NCBI RefSeq assembly: GCF_009914755.1 | Contig: NC_060925.1 | Reading direction: 5' to 3' (one strand) | Length of the DNA: 64,000 nt | DNA from: the human T2T-CHM13v2.0 reference genome, Homo sapiens | Shown: positions 1-16,765 of the stretch, in pieces | Layout: each line of letters opens with the position of its first letter | How positions within the stretch are numbered: position 1 is the stretch's first letter | Position numbers and translations under genes: made by a program | Notes under the pieces: model-generated | The model's database searches: none | What the model was told of the DNA's origin: nothing | What the model saw: the letters and a program-made list of their open reading frames with translations, nothing else

Positions 1-14
1 CTGCACTCCAGTCT

Positions 15-233
15 GCACCTGTGATGACACTCGCATACCTCTTGTTTCTTCATGTCATTCTTCTTAAAGCACCATAAAGACCTGCCCTTCGGGAGCCAGC
101 CAGAGAACTCTTGTTCTTATGCTATATCCCTTGCGCTCAAGCATAAGCCCCAACAAAGCCTCGTCTGGGAAACTTTCTCAGCCTCCTGTCAATTTCTGTT
201 GCCTGAGAGCCTAAGAACCCATGGTTGGTACTG
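15..233 (+). mobile_element. 3' part of ERV1 (MER4-group-like) LTR
   Basis: Ends gtcaatttctgttgcc...aagaacccatggttggtac, typical of MER4-group LTR termini; family uncertain. Confidence 0.5.
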
Positions 234-1057
234 AAGGTTCAGTTCTATTCATTTTGTCTTCTTGTTTTCTGTTAAATAAGAAAATTATTTCCTTATTAAA
301 TAAGGAAAATCTTGGGTTAGTCTTTCTGGTACTTTGTCTTGCAGTCTACAGAATTTTTGAAAATATATTTAATGTTCAAAACAAAAAAAATTAGAGTAAA
401 ATTGCCAATTATGCCTACGCTTTAGAGAATATTTTTCTACTTGGTTGTTCATTATCTTTATAGACTTAGCTACTGGTCAGGGATCATTATGCTGACTTCA
501 CACCCGCACAGACAAAACAAAAATCATTTGATTTTTCCCCTTTCTTTTGGATTTTGAAGCCACCAGAGAGGGTTTATTCTTTGTGTATATAGAAATATTT
601 GTTGATGACTAATCACTATATTTTGTTGATTAAACTAGAAATTAAGGTCTTAAAAAATCATTTCCTGTATGTTATCCACAGTTCTTGGATCCAGGAATAT
701 TTTTTTTTTCCAGAAATGTTGGGCCTTTTTAGCTAGTTCACAAAAACATAATTTTCTAGCGTGCTTAAAAGTCAAGAGCTCAAAATTCTATTATTATTTT
801 TAAAACATTTTTGGGTGATTATGCTTTCTGGATGTATTGGAAAGTTGCATTTCATTTCTCTTTAATTTATAGGCTCAAAGAGTTATTGAACTACTGATTG
901 AGAAACAAAGTAAAGGACAATCTCTTGTTCCTTATTCCAAAGAAATATTAACTGTCCAAGGGAATACTAATCTGACTGGAGCCAAATTTTAGACATTGTT
1001 GAGCCACACTTACCTGTAAATGGGGTTAAGATATTATGGCATATTAAAAGGTCCTCA

Positions 1058-1350
1058 CTGGGTGTGGAGGCTCATGTCTATAATATCAGTACTTTGGGAA
1101 GCCAAGGTGAAAGGATCACTTGAGGCCAGGAGTTTGAGACTAGCCTGGGCAACATAGTAAGACTCCATTTCTACAAAAAAAAAAAAAAAAAAATTAGCCA
1201 GGTGTTGTGACATGCGCCTGTAGTCTTAGCTACTCAAGAGGTGAAAGGATTGCTTAAGCCGAGGAATTTGAGGCTGTGGTGAGCTAGGATAGTGCCACTG
1301 CACTGCAACTTGCATGACAGTGAGACCCTGTCTCTAAGAAACTAAAAATA
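1058..1350 (+). mobile_element. Alu (AluJ-like)
   Basis: Dimeric Alu with expanded middle A-tract, heavily diverged. Confidence 0.9.
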
Positions 1351-1872
1351 TATATTAGCAGAATATTTCTTTTCTATTGTACCACCTTACAGTGTGTGGT
1401 TCATTTATGAACTCAAAACCAGGAATAGTTTGGCTTCTCTTGATTTGAGGTTTATTCAGTTCCTATGAACAATGAGATACATTGCTAGTTATGTTTCCGT
1501 TTTTCCTTCATTCTATTTTATAGCATTTGGGCAAATTTAATAGTGTCCTAGTATTTTGGGGCACCAGTAATAGGATAAATGAAGTCATGGAAAATTGTAA
1601 TACTCTAGATCCTGGTAGAACTATTTCTAACCATTATTTCTTGGATACCAAGATTTTGGTTAGTAATGTTATCCGTAATAAACTGTGGTGAGAAATAAAT
1701 ATTCTTTGAAGGTAGAATAGAATTGAAGGACTTATTTTTAAAGAAACTGAATCATGGATTTCAAGTTTTTCATCTTAAGAGCTACCTACATGGCCCATCC
1801 CCTCTGCTGCTGTGTACCATTACATATTAACTATGTGATTGCATTCAATAATGCACTGCACATATCAACTGA

Positions 1873-2202
<330 letters not shown>

Positions 2203-2911
2203 TAAATATACATTTTTTGAACAATGTAGTGAGTGACCATGTGGAAGAAACAACTGTGAATTAGATTTGAAAACATGTATTTAACTGCAGTCTACTTTAG
2301 CACTTTCATGAAAGGTCACTTCTCTTGTTAGGATGATCATCACTTTTATTTGTTAAGCAGGCAGGGCAATGTTTGTACGACTATATTTTACATTTTAACT
2401 TTTCTAACACCAGTAATAGAAATTTTTATCTTATTTTTTGAAAGGATTTGATTTATATGCACAAAACATGTGCAAGATAAGAATACCAAAACAGAAAATC
2501 AGAGCAAAGGGAGAAAAGAAAGGAAAAAATACACAAATTTTATGATATTATATGTAGTTGAAATTTAGTTGTTTCAAAGCTTCCTGATATACAAGAAAAT
2601 AAAAAGGAAAATATGATTAGTTACAACAGAGCTTCTTACTTCTTATTATATAATAGCATAGACAAAATAATGTAATAATTTTAAGGAATATAGGAAAAAA
2701 TTATTTATCCTGGGTTCCAGCTAACCTGAGGGTGGAAAGAATCAGAGTTTGGGCACACTGGTAAACACCCTGGGGTCTACCTGTAAGCCATGGCATCATG
2801 ATTGAAAAAGTATAGTTTGCACTACCAGGGAAAAGGGCACCTCTTTGTTCCTCTGGAGGAAAAACACTTTTTCTAGGTCTAAATTCTAAAAGACTACATT
2901 TATCACTTTAG

Positions 2912-3339
<428 letters not shown>

Positions 3340-4253
3340 TAATAAATAACATTTTTGTTTACACTATTGTTTGACTTTCACTGTTTCTAGTCAGAATCTT
3401 ATCCAATGTAGCAGGTTACAGCATCACCCAGTTTTCCTAACGAATTTCTTGGAGTAAGAGATGTAGGGTTTCCCTCCCTGCCTTCTAATAGAAGACACAT
3501 AATTCCCCTTGGGGAGCATTAAGACCAGCCAGTTCTTCAGCCAAGGCAATGATGCATAAGTGTGTGCTCTGCCCTTCCAAAACCTATGAATGGTTCAGAA
3601 GGGCAGGTCACTGCAACTTGATGCCTGCAGGAAAAGGAGACAAATTTTCATGTAAATATAGACTTTTGCATAATGATATGCTTGCTTCCAAGTTATGCAA
3701 GTTGTAACGGGCAGTATTTTGGAAACAAACGTAGGTATAATCAGCTACTAAGAAACATAAGCAGAATATGTGGAAAATGTTTTTCTCCTAGAGGGCCTGG
3801 TGAGGGACGTGGAAAAGAGCTTTTTAAATGCAAGAGATACCAAACCCTGTTGCCATGAAGGCTGTAAAAAGTAAACAGTATATACACTCAAGGACTTTTC
3901 TTTAAAGACTCTGAGTTGGAATGAGAACAGCAGATATCACAGCCAACTGTTGCCATGAAAAGCAGAGGAACTGACCTAAGCCCAGAAAACTCATGCCAAT
4001 ACGTAGCTTGACTGAAAGTTGAGAGCGTTCCATTGTAAGTGCTAATATTTATTAGGTAGATGATATTTCTTCCTAGGCAAATTTTGAAATGGTTTGGCTT
4101 GAAATAATGTGATCTTTGTCTAATTTCTTTAAAAATAAGTTGTCTGGTGAATTAGAAAATGATTTCATCCATGTAGAATATCCACCACTTTTTAATGGAT
4201 CATACTAACTTGGCTGCATAAATCACTACATTGTATAGAATTGATTTTCAGAG

Positions 4254-5276
<1,023 letters not shown>

Positions 5277-6542
5277 CAGGTGTGCAATATGACCTAGTAA
5301 GTGTTTTCTGATATTTAAAAGAATTGTTTCCAATACATCTGCGGTAGAATATAAAAGTCATGACTTCCTCCTGAAGTTGGCAGAAGATCCAGAGCTCCTC
5401 AATTTAAATCAGAAGGTTCTCCCTGACTCACCTGTAGGTTACTTCAGAAAATGAGCTAAGCCATATTATTGTTTTCTGTGCATTTTCTGGGCAATAGCAA
5501 GAGACTGTCATCTATTAGATACTCCGGCTTTAATTACTTGATTAAAGCAAAAGAATAAAATAAATAAAATAAAATAAATTCTGTAAACTATAAACCAGGA
5601 ATCTGGCCCTCGATCTTAATCAGGAATTTAGAAATATATTACTGAAAGGATTTATTGGATGTGGGGGTATTTATAAAATGAATCATTAGTTACAAACATT
5701 TAGCCTGGGGCGACTAACAAGCATTATCCTAATCATTCACTCTGGGTAATTCATTTGATGGCACTGAACATTAGTGCACAGTTCTTGAAACCCTCTTTGC
5801 CTTTGACTTCTGGGACATTGTTCTGATGTCTCCTGACTCTCTGGCAAAAGCTTCTCTGCCTCTTACCTGGCTTTTCCTTCTCCAATCTCCTCTTCAAAAA
5901 TGTTGGAGTAACTGTTACGCTGAACATGTACTTACTGACAAAACATAACATTTGTTATGAAAAGATCCTATTTTCAATGCTCAAACCTGAGCCAGTTAAA
6001 GAAAAAAATCCTTTAAAATTCCTCTACCCCTGGGTAGATATCGTTGGAGATCCCATTCCTTTTTCCTTAGAATGTTAGAGTCTTAGAAGCTGGGCAATGA
6101 TAGTGTTAGGATTCTTATTCCTGTTTATTTTTGGTGTTGTCTTTGGTCAGGGTTTTTCATGTGCTTGGGAATTGGTTGCTTGGACTTAGATCAATCCTCA
6201 TGACAGCATGGGTTGAGAGGAGAAAAAGATTCCTATTGATCTGAATTTCCAAGTGAAATCCAGCTTGGATCATATACCAGGATTTTACCTATTGCCACAT
6301 TTGTAAGTTTCAACTTTTACACTCTGCTGTGTGCTGCTGGGGCTGGGACTCAGCTAACATTTCTCAGACTCCTTTCTAATTTAATTTCTTATTAGGTTTG
6401 ATCAATGGGAAGCAGTAGAGGAGGATTAGAAGGGAAGAGGTGGGCAGGAAGGAAGTCCTTCCTCATTTTTCAGTTCTTACCTTATTACTCCAACAGCAAG
6501 ATAAATGTGGCTCTAGTTTCCATCTTCTTTCTGAACTCTCAG

Positions 6543-7075
6543 TAACATACGATTAAGAAAAAATTACTTAGGCAGATAGTGAGGGTATGGGAGTCCCCGG
6601 TAAGGTTTTCCTTTTAATGAAAACCAGCCCCCAAATCATTTTCTTTTCTAACAAAGAGCAGCCTGTAAAATCGAGCTGCAAACACAGACAAGCAAGCTGG
6701 AAGCTTGCACTGATGAATGCCGGCAGTTGTGCCAATAGGAGAAGGCTACCTGGGATTAGGCATGTTCAAAATGGCGTCTCCATCTTCCCTTGTTTTTGCC
6801 AGTCATTTGTGCAGTAAGGAGCAGGCAACATGGTGCGTGCCAGGCAAAGACTCCATTTGCATAATAAAATTAGGGTGGGGCCGCTAGCTTCCCCGTGTGC
6901 TTTGTAAATGTCACACCTGATCCAACCAATCTTTGGGCCCTATGTAAAGCAGACACCCACTCCTCAAATCTGTCTGTAAAATCTGGTGCACTCCACCATG
7001 AGCCAGAATTCCCATTCAGGCACCCACTCTCTCTCACGAGAGAGAGCTGTTCTTCTCTTTCTTTCTTTCCCTTTT

Positions 7076-7151
<76 letters not shown>

Positions 7152-7275
7152 TTCTTTCTTTCTCCTTCCTTCCTCTTTCTTTCTTTCCTTCTTTCTTTTT
7201 TCCTTCCTTCCTTCCTTCTTTCTTTCCTTCCTTCCTCCTTCCCTCCCTCCCTCTCTCTCTTTCTTTCTTCTTTCT

Positions 7276-7307
<32 letters not shown>

Positions 7308-7719
7308 TTTGACAGAGTCTCACTCTGTTGCCCAGGCTGAAGTGAAGTGGTGCACTCGTGGCTCACTGCAACCTCCACCTCCCGAGTTCAAGTGATTCTC
7401 ATGCCTCAGTTTCCTGAGTAGCTGGGATTATAGATGCATGCCACACACCTTGTTAATTTTTGTATTTTTAGTAGAGACAGGGTTTCATCATGCTGTACAG
7501 GCTGGTCTTGAACTCCTGACCTGAGGTGATCTGCCCACCTCAGCCTCCCAAAGTGCTGGGATTACAGGCATGAGCCACCATACCTGGCCCCCTTTCTCTT
7601 TCTTTTGCCTATTAAATCTCTGCTCCTAAACTCACTCCTTGTGTGTGTCCATGTCCTTAATCTTCTTAGCGCCAGACTGTGAACCTCGGGTATTGACCCC
7701 AGACAATGAGACCACCTCA
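6543..7719 (+). mobile_element. LTR9-family (HUERS-P3) solo LTR containing a minus-strand Alu (7291-7589)
   Basis: ttacttaggcagatagtgagggta start, gaacctcgggtatt..ccccagacaa end, 4-bp TSD tcag on both sides. Confidence 0.8.
7050..7310. repeat. Compound (TTTC)n/(TTCC)n/(CT)n/poly-T polypyrimidine tract
   Basis: About 260 nt containing only C and T. Confidence 0.97.
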
Positions 7720-8826
7720 TCAGCATCTTCTCTACTATGCTCCTTAGAGGAACCAGTAACTGCCAGGCTTCAACCTCTATGCAGTTGGGAGTGTAGTTGC
7801 TCGGCTGCACCTCCTGGGCTGTCCAAACAACTGCCTGGCCAAGTCTCCTCAGTTATCCTTAAGTCACATGTGGAGAGCTTCCTGCTACAGCTTGGAACAC
7901 CAGGTCTATAGACCCCCTCCAGTGAGTTCCTAAGTCACAACCCTCACCCTTTTTCTTTGGCTTCTCCAGCCCTAGGGAATAATGGCTGCTTCCTGCATTT
8001 CTTAATTTCCTTTTTGCTCTTTTGACCTTCCAAACTTGTAGAAAAACCTCCCTGAATTAATTCCTCTCTTTGAAAAACTCAGAGAGATTTCTGTTGAGTT
8101 CATACAGGTTGTAGGACCAATCACCAATTTCTGAGGTCAGAGAATGACCATGATTGGTTAAGCTTGGGGCATGTGTTCACTTCTGTAGTAGAGGGTGTGG
8201 TCATTTACTAGAAAAGGGATAGGTAGGGAGGATGGCACTAGTGGATAGCTATGGCACATAAACTATAGACGTCGTAGTAAACAGCTTTTTATTTTTTCAT
8301 GGTAAACTAGGGAAGGGAGGATGGATAATGGTAACTGAAGGAGGAAGTGAGATTAAGGGAGGAACTCTGCATTCTGAGGTAAACATGCATGTTTAAGTGC
8401 TGATGGGAAGGACTGATTAGAGGGGAAGTATAAAGAGACCAGAGAAAGAAGGTACAATGGATGGTGTTGGGTTCAAAAGAGACTAGGAACCCAGGTTGAG
8501 GCTAGGCCTTGAATAGGAGGAGGGACACATTTTCTGAAACAGGAGGGAAGGTGGCTGTCATGGGTCCAGGAGCAGGAACATTTTCTAGGTATGACAGGAG
8601 GAACATGCTGGAGTCCATCTCTGCTGCCTCTATTTTCTCTATGAAGTTACAGGTAGGTCATTTTCAGGGAGCAAGAGTTAAGAATGGGGCAAGGGCAGAA
8701 ATTTGAGGAGAGACAGGGTGTGAAAAAGCCTTCTTGGAAAAGAGAGGAGGAGTTGCCCAGAGAAGCAGAGTGGGATTACTAGGAGTACTGAAGGCATATT
8801 TGAACTTAGTAATCATAAGGGTACCA

Positions 8827-8985
8827 AGCCAGGCACAGTGGCCCTTGACTGTAATCCCAATACTCTGGGAGGCCAAAGCAGGAGAATTGCTTGAGGCCAG
8901 GAGTTTGAGGCCAGCTTGGGCAACATAGTGAGATTTTGTCTCTAAAAAATGAAACCAAACAAAAGTGTTTTTTTAAAAAAAGGTA
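8827..8985 (+). mobile_element. Alu monomer (FLAM_C-like)
   Basis: Left-arm only; TSD aggtacca/gggtacca. Confidence 0.8.
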
Positions 8986-9238
8986 CCAGCTTTCTCTCTT
9001 GTGTGACTTTTTCATTTAAATTCTGGTGCATGAGTATAGAGAAAGTATGAAGAAATTGTGGAGAAAATGTGAAGAAAGTGGACAGTTTCTTCCAGAGATT
9101 TTACCACAAAAAACAGATAAGTAGAGGGACAAGGGACTTGAAGGTTTTGGCAAAAGAACTGTTGAGGGGATAGACCATTGTATTTATTCTGGAAAGGAAG
9201 AGAACAAATGACTGAAGGGACCTAAATAAAAGAGACAC

Positions 9239-9612
9239 AGCCCTGGCGTGGTGGCTCGTGCCTGTAATCCCAGCACTTTAGGAGGCTGAGGTGGGCGGAT
9301 CATGAGGTCAAGAGATCGAGACCATCCTGAACATGGTGAAATCCCGTCTCTACTAAAAATATAAAAATTAGCTGGGTGTGGTGGCGTGCACCTGTAGTCC
9401 CAGCTACTCAGGAGGTGAGGCAGAAGAATCACTTGAACCCGGGAGGTGGAGGTTGTCGTGAGCTGAGATCGTGCCACTGCACTTCGGCCTGGAGACACAG
9501 TGAGATTCCATCTCAAAAAAAAAAAGAAAAGAAAAGAAAAAAAGAAAGAAACAAAGAAAAGAAAGAAAGAAAGAAGGAAAGAAAGAAAGAAAGAGAGAAA
9601 GAAAGAAAAAAG
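9239..9612 (+). mobile_element. Alu (AluSc-like) with (GAAA)n tail
   Basis: Full dimer; purine-rich tail 9515-9612. Confidence 0.93.
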
Positions 9613-9791
9613 AGAGACCCAGCAGACATGTAAAGGACTGGAGAGCCCAAGGAGGTCCAGGCGTGCGTGATCCCACGAGGAGTTTCAAAAAGCAGTCTGG
9701 AAGGATAAGAGGAAATGGTCACAGAGAAGGATGTGTGATTTAATAGTGTGATGGCTCTGTTTTAGTGATGACCATGAGAATGGCCAACTAA

Positions 9792-10130
<339 letters not shown>

Positions 10131-10511
10131 AGAAATATTTATTTTTAATTGCTAGAGTAATTCCATTTGCATATACTTCATGTTTTATACATTCAACTCT
10201 GGCTTTCTCCAGTTAAATTGTGAGCCTACTGAGAGCAGAGACTGTGTCTAAAATTTATATTTGTTCACCTAGGGACTTTATCTTTCTCATAGAATATTTT
10301 GGCAGAATACTATATTTTAATGAAATAAGAAAAGTAGCAGTTCAAGGAGTTTTATTTTTACCTGTTTTATTGTCTTCAGGATGAGAAGGTGATTCTTCTG
10401 CTTGATCGGTATAGCAACTAATGTTAAGATAGGGTAAATTATTCACCCAAAGTGGACTAAAGCTAACTTCAAATACATAAGAACTTAGTTGATTTAAAAA
10501 AGAACACATTC

Positions 10512-10672
10512 AGCCTGGGCTGGAGGCTGAGGCAGGAGAATCGCTTGAATCCAGGAGGTGGAGGTTGCAGTGAGCAAGGGTTGCAGTGAGCTGAGATCGT
10601 GCCACTGCACTCCAGCCTGGGCCACAGAATGAGACTCTGTCAAAAAACAAAAACAATCAAACAAACAAAAAA
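10512..10672 (+). mobile_element. 5'-truncated Alu right arm
   Basis: Right monomer with duplicated ggttgcagtgagc. Confidence 0.85.
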
Positions 10673-11106
10673 ACTCTTCTGAATTTGTTCTAGCACAGAA
10701 CATGGCCATTTTTTTTTGTCTTCTTTCTATATATAGCTTTTTAAAATCAGTAATGGAATGTTTATTATGAGGCATGAAGTGCAGGCACAAAGGGACGTGG
10801 TACTGAGATGAGAGTGACAGCCCAGCCAGTGATGATTTGAGGGAAATGGGAAGTGGAAGTGATGCATATGTGATCATCTTCCTGTTTCAGAACCACAGGA
10901 AAGGTATGTTCTACTCATTCCCACACCATTTCACCCTGTCGCCCCTCCTCTTTATGCTTATGTGACATTTCCAGTGGACCAACCCTCTTTGCCTCATGCT
11001 CACCATCTCTGGTTCCCTCCCACCACAGTCACCTAAGACTTGACCCAATTTAGAATTAAGCTCTCTGTTAATTCGTGTTCAGATAATTTGAAAAGTTACC
11101 CTTACA

Positions 11107-11418
<312 letters not shown>

Positions 11419-11609
11419 TCATGTTTACACAGAGTGAAAGCCTATGTGATACTCATTACAAATGGTAGCAGCTTTCATGATCTACCTTCTGTCACCTCCA
11501 ACTGCATTCACCTTGCTCAGCAACCCTGAATCCATACCAATCACTACTGAGGTAGATTAAAAGTTATTTGTAAATGTGAAAGACCTGAAGTTTGCAAATT
11601 TTAAAGATA

Positions 11610-12230
11610 AAAATGGAATGGAAACAACTAAAATGTCTTTCAGTGTAAATGGTTACGCCAACACTGGTACATCCATAAAATGGAACACCACTCAACAGTT
11701 TAAAAAGAATGAACTATTGATACATCAATAACTTGAATGGATCTCTGTAAAAAAAAAAAAAGAGCCAATCTCAAAAGGTTTCATAGTATATGATTCTTAA
11801 AAATGACAAAACCATAAATATAAGGAACAGATTAGTGGTTGCCAGAGATCAAGATTGGGATGGGAAGGTGACTGACTAAGTAATAGGAGTGTGAGGAGTT
11901 TCTTTATGCTGATGGAACAGTTTTGTATCTTGATTGTGATGGTGGCTACATTAATCTGGATGTGCTATCAAACTGCATTGGAGTACACACATACACACAC
12001 ACACCCACAGACACACAGAAATGACTGCATGTAAAAACTGGATAAGGTCTGTGGTCTAATTAGCAATATTGTGCCAATGCCAGTCTCCTGGTTTTGATAT
12101 CATATGACATTTACATAAAATGTCAGTATTAGGAGGAGTTAGGCAAATGGTACAGAAGACTCTATGTACTATCTTTTGCAACTTTCTCTGAGTGTACAAT
12201 TATTTAAAACAAAAAATTTAAAAAATTATT
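11610..12230 (+). mobile_element. Old L1M (L1MC-like) 3' end
   Basis: ggaaacaac..aaatgtc, agattagtggttgccag, tttgcaacttt motifs. Confidence 0.75.
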
Positions 12231-12511
12231 TTGAAAATAGCCAAGATTACCCCTCAAATAATGTTATCCTTACTTATTTGCATTTTAGTGGAGAGGTAAA
12301 GAAAGAGCTCCATTTTGTTCCAAGAACAATTTTCTCTAAGAAAGAGGGGTTATAAGAAGGCCCACCAATTAGTTCTCAATAAAGCACTGAATCAGTCTCA
12401 TTCTTGGTTATTCTCTGATCTCATTAGACTAGTTCCCTTTTAATTGGATTCCCACATGCACTGAATTTCCTGTTCTTGACCTCCAATCTACCAGTGACTG
12501 GGTGTGTCTGA

Positions 12512-12949
<438 letters not shown>

Positions 12950-14923
12950 TATGTTATTTTCATACCACTCTTACCTTCATGATGCTTCCTTGTGAGGCCC
13001 TGCCCTTGTCCACCATTCAGAATTCAGTACTTCCATCCTATTATTTTCCCAGAGAGTATAGACATTTTATATTATAGTACTTATCACACTTTATAATCGT
13101 ATCACTCTTGTTTGTTTATGTGTTTAATGCCCATCTCCCCTTTAGACTGTCAGCTCAATGAGGGCAAAGACTATGTCTATTTCCTTCCCTAAGTGGAGAG
13201 TAGCTAGGTACTCTCCATGAACCTATAGTCTTTTTGGCAATGGGAAAAGCAAGGGCAAAGGACCTGAGGTGAGAGCTTTTCTAAATGTTTGATGCAAGGT
13301 AATGAGGCTAGCGTGGCTGTGTAATGTGATGAAGGAGGAAACCATAGGGGATGAGGATAAAAGCTAATTGAGATTTGGGGAGTGGTGAAGATGATTTCAG
13401 GGCCTTGTGGGCCTATAATGACTTTGACTTTTTTTCTGTGCGAGATGGGAAACCTCTGTACAGTTTTGAGCAGAAAGACATGACCTGACAGGTTTTAAAG
13501 GTATTTTCATTCTCCTGATTGCTGGGTGTATCTCTAAATTAAACAAACATGAAGGAGGAAAAGAGGGGTGCTATTTATAAACTTCCTAAAATCTCGCACT
13601 TGCCACCCTATGCCACATGTTTTACTTGCATCATTTCCTTTGGTTCTATTATTTATTATGTTTAAGAAATGAAGAAACAAAGACTAGAAAGGTTAAAAAA
13701 ATTACTCAAGGTAATGTAATGAGTAAATTGTAAATTTCTAATGCAAACCTAGATATGCTAACCTCACAGCTCATGCTCTGAACTACTCTGGTCATTTTTG
13801 GAGCACAAAGTTCAAATTAATGAGTGGAACAAGATAAGGGCTGGAGAAGTAGGTGGACATCAGATTGTCAAAGGTTTTGTATGTCATGTATATTAGGTGC
13901 TTATATTTTTTTGTATGCCTTGTCTCTCCTCCTCTTCCTGCTAGGCTACCCATCATACCACCTTCTCCTCAGGGCTGGGATGGGCACCTGAGCTGGACCT
14001 GGCCTGTCAGAGTGACTCATTCATTCCTGTAGCCACAGTAATTAAGCCAAGGATGAACATGTGGTCCCAGCTAGGCCAACCAGAAGCTTTCCTTTTGGAG
14101 TTTTATTGGAACTGGAGAAGAGGATTTCTCTTTTGGGTCTTGGAGATGGAAGTATATTATCAGGAAACTCCATCAATCATCTTTCTTTCCACATGGGAAA
14201 GCCAGTCCACAATCATAAAAAAAATAATTTGAGCATAGCAATCTTCATTGTCAGTCAACTCAGGAAAGCTTTGAAATAAAACTCAGAGCAGGGGTGGAAA
14301 GAGGAATGCGTGTACTTTTGTTTATAATTATATCAGGCATATTAATAGTAGCTCTCTCAAAATAAAATCAAAGACATGTAAATGGGTAGAATCACTCCCT
14401 CAGCAGTAAGTGAAGTTTCCTAAAGAAAATAAATAATCTTCTATGTTGGACATATTTGTACATTAAGACAGGATGGATCACGACCTGGACTGAAGACTTC
14501 TACTAGTTTTTCTTTACGCCCAAACTTACACCATAAAAATCAACAAACATTAAGATCCTTCTCTTTACAAAGACAGCAGAAACAAGACAAGGAAGATACC
14601 AGAAGCAATAATTTGTAAGAATCAAAAAGGTAGTCAGATTCTCCATATGTAGTCAGTTCTTGTCACACCTCTGTTCAAAGCTTCCAGAGAATCTCCATCC
14701 CTTTTAGGATAAATCCAAAGTATTCACCATGGCCTATGAAGTTTTAGATGATTCAGCATATGGCTTCTTCTTTGACCTCATTTTCTGCTAGTTTCCATCT
14801 TGCTTATGCCACTGCAACCAGCTGGGCTCCTTGCTGTTCCTCAAATAGTCCAAGCACTTCTACTTCAGGAGGATTGCAAGTTCTGTTTCTTCTTTCTGAT
14901 ACAACTTTTTCTCTGTTACCATC

Positions 14924-15345
14924 TGTATTAGTCCATTCTCACACTGCTATTAAGAAATTCCTGAGACTGAGTAATTAATAAAGAAAAAAGTTTTAATTGG
15001 CTCACAGTTCTGCAGGCTATATACAGGAAGCATAGTGGCTTCTGCTTCTGGAGATGCCACAGGAAACTTAGAATCATGGTGAAAGGCAAAGGGGAAGCAG
15101 GCATGTCTTACATGGCTGGAGCAGAAGGAAGAGAGAGGGAGGTGTATGTGAGGTGCCACACACTTTCAAACAACAAGATCTCATGATAACTTTATCATGA
15201 GAACCACATTATGGGGGGTGTTGCTAAACTACTCATGAGAAACCGCCCCCAAGGTCCAATCACCTCCCACCAGGACCCATTTCCAACATTGGGGATTACA
15301 ATTTGACATGAGATTTGGGCAGAGACACAAATCCAAACCGTATCA
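14924..15345 (-). mobile_element. MSTA MaLR solo LTR
   Basis: tgtattagtcc...aaaccgtatca termini; 5-bp TSD ccatc/ccctc. Confidence 0.88.
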
Positions 15346-15395
15346 CCCTCATGGCTTTCTCACTTGTTTCAAGTATCTGCTCAAATGTCACCTAA

Positions 15396-15733
<338 letters not shown>

Positions 15734-16294
15734 CTATTTTCTTCATAGTATTTACCACTACTTCATTGTATCTGGAACACTTCTCTCTAGTGCAGTCTAT
15801 TGTCTTGAGGAAAGAAGGTTCCAATCTCTTGTTTAGAGGGTGTATATCTGTTCTGAACAAGGGAATTATCTGGGAATCTTAATATTTAGTATATAGAGAT
15901 TCACTTATTCCTTCTATTTTGACAAATACTTTTATCCCTTCCTGCTGCTGTTTAACCCTTTCCTCTGCTGTATGGAGTCCAAAATCCATCTAGTGTAACT
16001 TCTCCTGAGAGTAGGCCTATGGTTTCCTGCCTGGGGAGTAAGGGCTGGGTGTGTAGTGCCCGGCTGCAGACAGTAGGGAAGTCTCATGTCCTTAGCTCAC
16101 CTGCCTAATCCATGCCAACGGCACTCCCTGATGCTTCTCAGATCTGAGCTCCTCGAGTTTTCACTCCTATTCCACTTTTACAAAGGTGAACTCCTGATGG
16201 ATTAAAACCCAATTGTGAAACATAAAACTATGAAATTAGTAGAATACAATGTAGACCTTAAAGTGAACGGTATTTTAACAAGATTTTAAAATTA

Positions 16295-16765
16295 TGAAAA
16301 ATAAAAGTTTCAGTTAGACAGGATGAATAAATTCTGTAAGTCTATTGTACAGCATGGTGATTATAGCTAATGATAAAGTACTGTATACTTGAACGTTGCT
16401 AAGAGTAGATTTTAAATGTTTTCACTACACACACACAAAACTATGTGAGATGATAGACATGTTAATTAGTTTGATTGTGGCAAGCATTTCACAATGTATA
16501 CATACATCAAAACATATTGCGCACCATAATATATACAATTTTTGTCAATTATATCTCTTTTTTTTAGTTTTTTTTTATTATTATTATACTTTAAGTTTTA
16601 GGGTACATGTGCACAATGTGCAGGTTAGTTACATATGTATACATGTGCCATGCTGGTGTGCTGCACCCATTAACTCGTCATTTAGCATTAGGTATATCTC
16701 CTAATGCTATCCCTCCCCCTTCCCCCCCACCTGTCAATTATATCTCAATAAAGCTAGAAAAAAGT
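16295..16765 (+). mobile_element. L1MA-like 3' end
   Basis: tattgtacagcatggtga..gctaagagagtagattttaaatg..tcaataaagct motifs. Confidence 0.75.
16558..16731 (-). mobile_element. Very short young L1PA (PA2-4-like) 3' end
   Basis: Reverse L1 3' terminus (atactttaagttttagggtacatgtgcacaatgtgcagg); perfect 15-bp TSD tgtcaattatatctc. Confidence 0.92.

Larger units (their letters stand above)
6300..8095 (+). mobile_element. Old ERVL LTR (LTR33-like), split by the LTR9 insertion
   Basis: Diverged LTR33-like motifs on both sides of LTR9 (attaggtttgatcaatgggaagcag; ctccagccctaggg..ggctgcttcctgca). Confidence 0.5.

Noticed and set aside
6895-7395. Overlapping 108-166-aa ORFs rich in F/S/L or K/E/R
   Set aside because: Translation of the (TTTC)n microsatellite, which lacks stop codons
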